The notes beneath the pieces are model-generated. The model was not told the DNA's origin. It saw nothing but the letters and a program-made list of their open reading frames with translations, and searched no databases. Below are positions 1-5,515 of a stretch of 31,411 bases of DNA, one piece after another. Origin of the DNA: a virus (Duplodnaviria > Caudoviricetes); the IMG/VR virus record IMGVR_UViG_3300030376_002673, positions 1 to 31,411 of that record; one strand, written 5' to 3'. The translations under genes and the position numbers were made by a program. Positions within the stretch are counted from its first letter, which is position 1; the number at the start of each line of letters is the position of its first letter.

Positions 1-258
1 GCGGCGGTATTCGAGTGCCGGTTGGATAGCCTATTTACCCGGCGGGTCACCAAGGTGATCACACCGGCCAAGTTTGCGGCATATTACATTGCGGCGACTG
101 AGACCGAACACAGCTTCCCTGAGATTGGCCGCGTCTACAAAAAAGATTCGTCCACAATCATGCACGGCAAAAAGAAATGTGAAGAGAGGATGGAGGAGAG
201 CCAGCGGTATGCTGACCGGGTCCAGAGAGCCATAGATGAATACCGGAGAATCCGGTGA
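1..258 (+). CDS. DnaA domain IV-like helix-turn-helix protein (5' end probably outside the window)
   Basis: SFPEIGRVYKKDSSTIMHG resembles the DnaA C-terminal signature SLPEIGxxFxxRDHTTVxHA; frame is open from base 1; stop overlaps the next start (GTGA). Confidence 0.75.
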   Translation, partial: AAVFECRLDSLFTRRVTKVITPAKFAAYYIAATETEHSFPEIGRVYKKDSSTIMHGKKKCEERMEESQRYADRVQRAIDEYRRIR

Positions 259-1061
259 GCAAATTACCTTATCTGCCGCTCTACGTTGGCGACTATCTAG
301 CCGATACCCGACAGCTATCCCTGGAGGCACGGGGGGCCTACACGGACATCATTTTCTACACCTGGAAGACCCGGAAATTTTTAGACGACGATCCGAAAAA
401 GATGTGCCGGATGTTGGGTATCCAAAAACGCCAATGGATTAAAATTCGGGACGAGCTAGAACCCTATTTTGATCTGTCAGATGGCACCTTCTTTCAAACA
501 AAAATTGACGATCTGGTTACAAAAACGCAACAAAAATTGAACAAAAAACGTGAGGCTGGAAGCAAGGGCGGAAAAGCTAAAGCACTGAAAAATAATAAAA
601 CCAGTCTAGCAGATGCTAGTTTTGAACGTGTAGCAAAAACGTGCCAACCAGAGTCAGAACTAAGAAGTAAGAAGAAAGAGGCTCCGCCTCCACCTGATAT
701 TTCTTCAGTAAAAAATTGGTTATTGGAGGCAAATGAATCTCCAAATGCCTTGTGGCAAAAACCTCTCTCTGAATTTGATCATGCTCTCTTGCTGGACGGG
801 TTGGAGAGAGCCCGGAAGGATGACCCGCCGCTGGGTAAACGGGTGGCCTATCTCGTCAATGCTTGCCGGTCTGTCCAAGCCTTGGGCCACACAGGGAAAC
901 CGGAGGGCAAAGAAGACTTCACAAAGCTGAAGATCGAAAAGCGTATTCGTGAGCTTGCCAACATCTCTGGCTGGCCCAACGCCATCAAGGTCCAAGATGC
1001 TTATTACCGGGGGGAGCAATGGGCCAGAGAAATGATCTGGCCGGAGAGCGCAAGCGCATAG
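255..1061 (+). CDS. Phage replication initiator, YdaU/DUF1376 family
   Basis: N-terminus LPYLPLYVGDYLADTRQLSLEARGAY is typical of DUF1376; basic AGSKGGKAK linker; position in the replication module. Confidence 0.85.
   Translation: MSKLPYLPLYVGDYLADTRQLSLEARGAYTDIIFYTWKTRKFLDDDPKKMCRMLGIQKRQWIKIRDELEPYFDLSDGTFFQTKIDDLVTKTQQKLNKKREAGSKGGKAKALKNNKTSLADASFERVAKTCQPESELRSKKKEAPPPPDISSVKNWLLEANESPNALWQKPLSEFDHALLLDGLERARKDDPPLGKRVAYLVNACRSVQALGHTGKPEGKEDFTKLKIEKRIRELANISGWPNAIKVQDAYYRGEQWAREMIWPESASA
560..660. other. Possible replication origin inside the initiator gene
   Basis: A-rich stretch, palindrome CTAGCA-GA-TGCTAG (606-619) and repeated AACGTG (625, 638) in the linker-coding region, where lambdoid origins usually lie. 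Confidence 0.3.
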
Positions 1062-1065
1062 GTTG

Positions 1066-1827
1066 ATGAATGAAATTAAAGTCCTCGACCTCTTCAGCGG
1101 CATCGGAGGCTTTAGCCTCGGACTTGAAAGAGCCGGACCTTTTCGAACAGTTGCCTTCTGTGAACAGAACCAGTTCTGCCAAGCCGTCCTGCGAGAGCAC
1201 TGGCCGGAAGTCCCAATATTTGACGACATCAGAACCATCGACACAGATGGACTTGGAAGAATTGACCTCATCTGTGGGGGCTGGCCTTGCCAATCAGTCA
1301 GCCAAATTGGACACCAGCGAGGCACAAATGATCCGCGATGGCTCTGGCCGGAAATGTTTAGACTTATCGAAAAACTCAGGCCCACTTTTTTTTGCGGAGA
1401 AAATGTTACTGGTCTCAACAAAGTGGGACTTCTCGATAGCGTCCTCGATGACTTGGAAGCCCAAAACTACCAAACGCGGACGTTTATTATTTCATCTGCA
1501 AGTCAGGGCAAACGCAACCGACGAGAACGGTGTTTTATTCTGGCCTACTCCACGCGCAAGCGACAGCGAGGGCGGAATCGCGAAAGATGTTCAATTAAAA
1601 AAAGGCAGCTTCAGTCGCGTGAGCAAAAAGGGCGTTCGTTACGGCGTCAAACTGAGGGATGCAGTCGCGCACCTTGGGGGGGGGAAGCACATGAACCCGG
1701 AATTTGCCGAACAATTGATAGGCTTCCCAGCCGGTTGGACAGATGTCGATACAGAGCAATTGGAAACTCAGTCTGTCCGCAAGTCGTTGAGCAAATCGCA
1801 AAAGCAATCTTGAAGGCAAGCGCATGA
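1066..1827 (+). CDS. C5-cytosine DNA methyltransferase, catalytic chain (motifs I-VIII and X; no in-frame TRD or motif IX)
   Basis: FSGIGG (I), GWPCQ (IV), ENV (VI), RRERCF (VIII), GNSV (X); ATG at 1066 (track starts at TTG 1063). Confidence 0.92.
   Translation: MNEIKVLDLFSGIGGFSLGLERAGPFRTVAFCEQNQFCQAVLREHWPEVPIFDDIRTIDTDGLGRIDLICGGWPCQSVSQIGHQRGTNDPRWLWPEMFRLIEKLRPTFFCGENVTGLNKVGLLDSVLDDLEAQNYQTRTFIISSASQGKRNRRERCFILAYSTRKRQRGRNRERCSIKKRQLQSREQKGRSLRRQTEGCSRAPWGGEAHEPGICRTIDRLPSRLDRCRYRAIGNSVCPQVVEQIAKAILKASA
1070..1813 (+). CDS. Overlapping +1-frame ORF encoding the MTase TRD and motif IX (beta-like chain; true start may be internal, e.g. ATG 1403 or 1448)
   Basis: Stop-free +1 frame along the entire MTase gene; contains WPTPRASD (1541) and MNPEFAEQLIGFPAGWTD (1691), a motif IX-like segment. 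Confidence 0.72.
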   Translation: MKLKSSTSSAASEALASDLKEPDLFEQLPSVNRTSSAKPSCESTGRKSQYLTTSEPSTQMDLEELTSSVGAGLANQSAKLDTSEAQMIRDGSGRKCLDLSKNSGPLFFAEKMLLVSTKWDFSIASSMTWKPKTTKRGRLLFHLQVRANATDENGVLFWPTPRASDSEGGIAKDVQLKKGSFSRVSKKGVRYGVKLRDAVAHLGGGKHMNPEFAEQLIGFPAGWTDVDTEQLETQSVRKSLSKSQKQS

Positions 1828-2249
1828 ATGACCGCAATGAGCAATCCCAAGACCCTTACCAATTTGCTACCCCAGAGACATTGAAACGGGCCACCCGGAT
1901 ACTGAAAGGTGGACGGCTGGCAACCGATGCCGATCCGATACTTGGGTGGATTGAAGACAACAAGCTCCCTGGCACATTTGAGGATGACATCCATGAGATT
2001 AGGAAGTGCGTCACATGGATTAGGTCACAGGTCTCCACCAAGTCGATGAACTACGCATCGATGGATGCGCCGGGTGCGAGGGGATCAGGTGACAGCCCAG
2101 AGCCCAAAAGCTGGCCTCGTTATCGGGCATGGACAGCGGCGGTTATAGGGTCATTAGGCCACGGTGCGCTTAACGCTGTGCAAGATACAATCATGGATGG
2201 ACACGCTTGTGATCTCTCCCTGTTTAAACACGCCTTAAAAAAATTCTAA
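1824..2249 (+). CDS. Hypothetical protein, positionally a late-gene regulator/antiterminator candidate
   Basis: ATGA-coupled to the MTase; last gene of the replication operon, the position Q occupies in lambdoids; function inferred from position only. Confidence 0.5.
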   Translation: MNDRNEQSQDPYQFATPETLKRATRILKGGRLATDADPILGWIEDNKLPGTFEDDIHEIRKCVTWIRSQVSTKSMNYASMDAPGARGSGDSPEPKSWPRYRAWTAAVIGSLGHGALNAVQDTIMDGHACDLSLFKHALKKF

Positions 2250-2266
2250 AAACTTGTCGATTGTTG

Positions 2267-2311
2267 TTGACCGTTTCTAGTAACACCCCTACTATAGTGT
2301 TTCTAGTAACA
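2267..2311 (+). promoter_or_regulatory. Sigma70-type promoter with two copies of a near-palindromic operator
   Basis: TTGACC (2267)-17 nt-TACTAT (2290); GTTTCTAGTAACA at 2273-2285 (in the spacer) and 2299-2311 (over the predicted +1); AGGAG RBS before ATG 2331. Confidence 0.75.
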
Positions 2312-2330
2312 AAATGTTAGGAGACGGCTA

Positions 2331-2624
2331 ATGGAAATCAAACTAAACGAGATGTTTGATCACCGCACGATGGGAGATGTAAGGGCTGGGCGGTACACAG
2401 ACGCCGCTGGGAGATCGACGCTTTGGCGAGGCGAGTTATCAGATGACGGCGTTGTGATTAAAGCCACTCTGCAAAGCACTGAGCCTCATCTTCACCATTC
2501 GGTCAGCGCAATATATGCCCACACAAAACGCCGTGTGCGTGGTTCAAAAAAACTGAAAGAAATTTATGACGTAATGATGTCAGAAGTTGAGGAGAGACAC
2601 AATGGCGCAGATCACACTGACTAA
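2331..2624 (+). CDS. Hypothetical small protein, first gene of the accessory cassette
   Basis: 97-aa ORF with AGGAG RBS directly after the promoter. Confidence 0.7.
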   Translation: MEIKLNEMFDHRTMGDVRAGRYTDAAGRSTLWRGELSDDGVVIKATLQSTEPHLHHSVSAIYAHTKRRVRGSKKLKEIYDVMMSEVEERHNGADHTD

Positions 2625-2955
2625 AAAGCAACTTGATAATTTCGCGGCGTTTATGCGCAAGCACGATGTAAGCAAATGGTTTATGGCGAAAGACCAAGGT
2701 GCATACATTGGAGCGAACGCTGGTTCTTTGAAAGATAACACTTTTGAAAAGTGCATTTTTTATTTCAAAGGTTGCAACCCAAACAAAGACGACGATGCGT
2801 GGGACAACGCACGGGTCAAGTTTGGGGGTGATGACTTCGGTGAATATTTCAGCCCAAGCGTTGTCTATGAGTTATCAGACAATCCTAAAACGCATTCCAT
2901 GACGTTAATCGTCAACGATAAGACGATGGAAATTAAATCCAAGGTTTACAGCTAA
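2602..2955 (+). CDS. DUF3085-family protein
   Basis: KDQGAYI...YFKGCNP...W.NAR..FGGDDFGE matches my recollection of the DUF3085 motifs; GAGGAG RBS before ATG 2602. Confidence 0.75.
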   Translation: MAQITLTKKQLDNFAAFMRKHDVSKWFMAKDQGAYIGANAGSLKDNTFEKCIFYFKGCNPNKDDDAWDNARVKFGGDDFGEYFSPSVVYELSDNPKTHSMTLIVNDKTMEIKSKVYS

Positions 2956-2976
2956 ACGCGCTGACCCAAGCCCACC

Positions 2977-3005
2977 AGCCCCTGGCTATTCAATTAGCAG
3001 GGGCT
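2977..3005 (+). other. Intergenic stem-loop (weak terminator or processing site)
   Basis: AGCCCCT-G-GCTA / TAGC-AGGGGCT stem; only a short U run follows. Confidence 0.5.
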
Positions 3006-3034
3006 TTCGGGGTGAAACTTGATGGAGAGAAACT

Positions 3035-3235
3035 ATGACTTACGAAAACAAACCAAACGCATTTGTTTTTGAATATTTTTTCAATGGGAAATGGGAAACG
3101 CGAAGCTGGTATAAAAGTGAAAAAGACGCTGACGGCCAGCTATCTTTGGCAGAAGAGCATGACCCCGATATGCCTTATCGGGTTAGGGAAACTTTTTTTG
3201 ATTGGGAGCAGTACGAGGAGAGGGTTGATGGATAG
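3035..3235 (+). CDS. Hypothetical small acidic/aromatic protein
   Basis: 66 aa, GGAGAG RBS, overlaps the next start. Confidence 0.7.
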   Translation: MTYENKPNAFVFEYFFNGKWETRSWYKSEKDADGQLSLAEEHDPDMPYRVRETFFDWEQYEERVDG

Positions 3236-3650
3236 ACCGATATGCGGATGGTGCGGCAAACCCGCCGCGCTTGTGACTGAACTTCACATTGTTTGCAATT
3301 ACAACGAAGAGCCGACAGCCGACACGCCACGTTGCAAGGCTGATCTTGAAAAACTGACAAACCAACGAATAGCTAAAATTTATTATATGTATTCTGATGA
3401 ATGGAGGAAGATCGATTGGGGGGATCAGAGGGATTTGGTTGACGAAGCAATCAAAGCAGAAGGGAAACCATTCCAGCGTCATGTGATGGCCAACAAATTG
3501 GAGAGAGAGATGGCCTCTGACAAATGGGTCATGTCTTACACTACCCACGATGGCGAGAGCTATCACCAAGCCAAGGGCAATTTTTGTGGTGGCCCATGTG
3601 CGGTTAAATTTGCCAACGCCTCATATCGGGGAGGTTACCGAAGAGGTTAA
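3228..3650 (+). CDS. Hypothetical protein with split Zn-binding motif (CGWC ... FCGGPC)
   Basis: ATG 3228 after GAGGAGAGG RBS; N-terminal CxxC and C-terminal CxxxC. Confidence 0.7.
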   Translation: MDRPICGWCGKPAALVTELHIVCNYNEEPTADTPRCKADLEKLTNQRIAKIYYMYSDEWRKIDWGDQRDLVDEAIKAEGKPFQRHVMANKLEREMASDKWVMSYTTHDGESYHQAKGNFCGGPCAVKFANASYRGGYRRG

Positions 3651-3668
3651 ATCAAAGGGAGAGAGCTA

Positions 3669-3884
3669 ATGAGATTTTATCAAATTCAACATATGGAAGA
3701 CTTTCACTTTGAGCATGGCGAATGGTTTACCACCCGCAAGGAGGCTGAAAAGGCGCTACGCGATTATGAAAAACAGGGTGTCTCTATGTATGATCTTAGG
3801 ACATTTGACATTCCGACGAAAAAGAAAGAATTGCTAGATTGGCTCAACATTTGGGGCAACCCTTCTGGTATGGGGGGTTGTTAA
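3669..3884 (+). CDS. Hypothetical small protein
   Basis: 71 aa with GGGAGAG RBS. Confidence 0.7.
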   Translation: MRFYQIQHMEDFHFEHGEWFTTRKEAEKALRDYEKQGVSMYDLRTFDIPTKKKELLDWLNIWGNPSGMGGC

Positions 3885-3891
3885 ATCAAAC

Positions 3892-3922
3892 GCCCCGGCA
3901 AGTGCGCGAACACTGCCGGGGC
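3892..3922. other. GC-rich stem-loop, possibly a minus-strand (antisense) terminator
   Basis: GCCCCGGC-A-AGTG-CGCGAA-CACT-GCCGGGGC; on the minus strand followed by GTTTGATTT. Confidence 0.5.
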
Positions 3923-3955
3923 TAGTCACCAACAAAACTTTGATGGAGTAGAGCG

Positions 3956-4090
3956 ATGACTAAAGAGACGCATACCACAGAACCGCCTATTGAGGAAAAC
4001 GAAAAGCCACGGGCCGAAGTGGTCTGTGAGCGTTACCAGCAAACCCAAGACAATCTGGAGGTCGAGCGGCGGAGGTCAATCCAATGCTGA
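3956..4090 (+). CDS. Small ORF (44 aa, MTKETHTTEPP...), not in ORF track
   Basis: GGAG RBS within the shared leader motif; stop overlaps the next gene. Confidence 0.45.
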   Translation: MTKETHTTEPPIEENEKPRAEVVCERYQQTQDNLEVERRRSIQC

Positions 4091-4176
4091 AAGAGGTTCT
4101 CGATTTCCTGGCGTTGATATTTTTTATTGGCGCTTGCTGGTTCAGCTTTCCGATCTTGGCTAGTATAGGAGGATAG
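4084..4176 (+). CDS. 30-aa single-TM membrane peptide (MLKEVLDFLALIFFIGACWFSFPILASIGG), not in ORF track
   Basis: GGAGGT RBS upstream; one hydrophobic helix. Confidence 0.6.
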   Translation: MLKEVLDFLALIFFIGACWFSFPILASIGG

Positions 4177-4181
4177 GAGAG

Positions 4182-4355
4182 ATGGAAATGGCTGACACAA
4201 AAGACCGGGTAGCCGCATACCGGCAACGGCGCAAGGACAAGGGGATTGTGCAATACAACGTGTACATCCCGGACACAGATGAGGCCAAAGAGCGGATCAA
4301 GAAGTACGCCGCCAAGCTGGTGAAGGAGAGTGACAATGGAATGGCTAATCGTTGA
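4182..4355 (+). CDS. Small basic DNA-binding protein, DUF3018/MazE-like (RHH-type), not in ORF track
   Basis: MEMADTKDRVAAYRQRRKDKGIVQYNVYIPDTDEAKERIKKYAAKL resembles the RVxxxRxRxxxxGxxxxxxWVPDT pattern; strong AGGAGG/AGGAG RBS. Confidence 0.65.
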   Translation: MEMADTKDRVAAYRQRRKDKGIVQYNVYIPDTDEAKERIKKYAAKLVKESDNGMANR

Positions 4356-4382
4356 GAAAATCATTCTCGTAATACTTGATTT

Positions 4383-4418
4383 GGTTACTTGACAGACCCA
4401 CCCGAATCGAAGTAACCC
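4383..4418 (+). promoter_or_regulatory. Putative late promoter (pR'-like)
   Basis: Perfect TTGACA at 4389, weak -10 (TAACCC) ~4413; bracketed by the inverted repeat GGTTACTT/AAGTAACC. Confidence 0.5.
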
Positions 4419-4431
4419 TAATTGCAGAAGG

Positions 4432-4470
4432 AACCCGTGCGCCTAAAATCAGGCGGCGGGTTTTTCTTTT
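4432..4470 (+). terminator. Intrinsic terminator ahead of the late operon (tR'-like)
   Basis: AACCCG-TG-CGCCT-AAAATC-AGGCG-G-CGGG followed by TTTTTCTTTT. Confidence 0.7.
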
Positions 4471-4480
4471 GGGGTATCCT

Positions 4481-4651
4481 ATGAGCTTTGATCGGGTTGA
4501 CCTTGTACCGGGTGATGAAGGGTACGAGGTCCGTATAATCGTGGAATTTGATGGTGAAGATGAGGCGGAGATGTTCGCCCAGAACTTCATCACGTGCGGA
4601 GCTTTGTTAATGATGGACTTCCCAATATTAATGGAGCCAACGAAGCACTGA
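4481..4651 (+). CDS. Hypothetical acidic protein (56 aa)
   Basis: ATG 4481 after the terminator; TGATG-coupled to the next gene (track extension to 4376 runs through the promoter/terminator). Confidence 0.6.
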   Translation: MSFDRVDLVPGDEGYEVRIIVEFDGEDEAEMFAQNFITCGALLMMDFPILMEPTKH

Positions 4652-4920
4652 TGGTCAAGTATCGCGGCGAAACTTTCAAAGGCGTGAACAAGCCCAAAAG
4701 AACGCCGAAGCATCCGACCAAGTCTCACGCGGTCTTAGCCAAAGAGGGTAACAAGCAAAAGCTGATCCGCTTCGGTCAACAAGGGGTCAGCGGTGCGGGG
4801 TCAAGCCCGAAGACGGCAAAGCAGAAGGCAAGGCAATCTAGCTTTAAAGCCCGTCACGCTAAAAACATATCAAAGGGAAAAATGTCAGCGGCATACTGGG
4901 CCGATAAGGTGAAGTGGTAA
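4651..4920 (+). CDS. Basic phage protein of unknown function
   Basis: IRFGQQG...SFKARHAKN...SAAYWADKVKW, a type I recognise from aquatic phages; coupled at both ends. Confidence 0.75.
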   Translation: MVKYRGETFKGVNKPKRTPKHPTKSHAVLAKEGNKQKLIRFGQQGVSGAGSSPKTAKQKARQSSFKARHAKNISKGKMSAAYWADKVKW

Positions 4921-5102
4921 TGGCTGAGACAAAGAAAAAAAAGATAGCACGGCTGAAAAGACAAAAGCCTGGGCTCTATCGGAACATAGCCTTGAAACGC
5001 TTAGGTGCGGGTAAAACGAAGAAGATGCGGAAGGCGGGTGCAAAGGGCGCTCCATCTGCAAAGGCATTTAAGGCAGCGGCGAAGACAGCGAAAAAGAAAT
5101 AG
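4920..5102 (+). CDS. Very basic Lys/Ala-rich small protein
   Basis: KPGLYRNI...KMRKAGAKGAPSAKAFKAAAKTAKKK; TAATG coupling. Confidence 0.7.
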   Translation: MAETKKKKIARLKRQKPGLYRNIALKRLGAGKTKKMRKAGAKGAPSAKAFKAAAKTAKKK

Positions 5103-5128
5103 AGAACAACCTATGAAGGATTCTCGTA

Positions 5129-5515
5129 ATGGCGAAAATGGGAAGGCCATCCATTTACTCAAAAGAGCTGGCTGAAAAAATCTGTAAAGAACTATCTTGC
5201 GGCATGAGTTTGCGATCTATTTGTGAAGCTGAAGATATGCCAGACAGGTGGACCGTGTGGGATTGGTTGCGGAAGGATCAAGACTTTTCCCACCAGTACG
5301 CCCGCGCAAGAGAAGACCAAGCAGAACATTACGCAGACGAGATGGTGGAGATTGCGGACACAACGGACGATCCGCAAAGAGCAAAACTGCAAATAGATGC
5401 CCGTAAATGGAAAGCATCACGAATGGCTCCCCGTAAATGGGGCGACAAGATAACCAATGAAGTGACCGGCCCAGACGGCGGTCCTATCATCCTGTGGGGC
5501 AGCAAGTCAGAGTAG
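5129..5515 (+). CDS. terS: Terminase small subunit (Sf6 gp1-like)
   Basis: GRPSIYSKELAEKIC...SLRSIC...MP...TV..WL...F..QYARARE...IDARKW.ASRMAPRKWGDK; directly upstream of terL. Confidence 0.9.
   Translation: MAKMGRPSIYSKELAEKICKELSCGMSLRSICEAEDMPDRWTVWDWLRKDQDFSHQYARAREDQAEHYADEMVEIADTTDDPQRAKLQIDARKWKASRMAPRKWGDKITNEVTGPDGGPIILWGSKSE

Noticed and set aside
720-1421. 233-aa minus-strand ORF
   Set aside because: Antisense shadow of the initiator and MTase genes; no motifs or RBS
1066-2249. Restriction-modification system
   Set aside because: No recognisable endonuclease next to either MTase; both appear orphan
4376-4480. N-terminal extension of the 91-aa track ORF
   Set aside because: Runs through the promoter and terminator; ATG 4481 is the more plausible start
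3987-4728. Minus-strand ORFs 3987-4364 and 4345-4728
   Set aside because: Region is better explained by short plus-strand genes with strong RBSs
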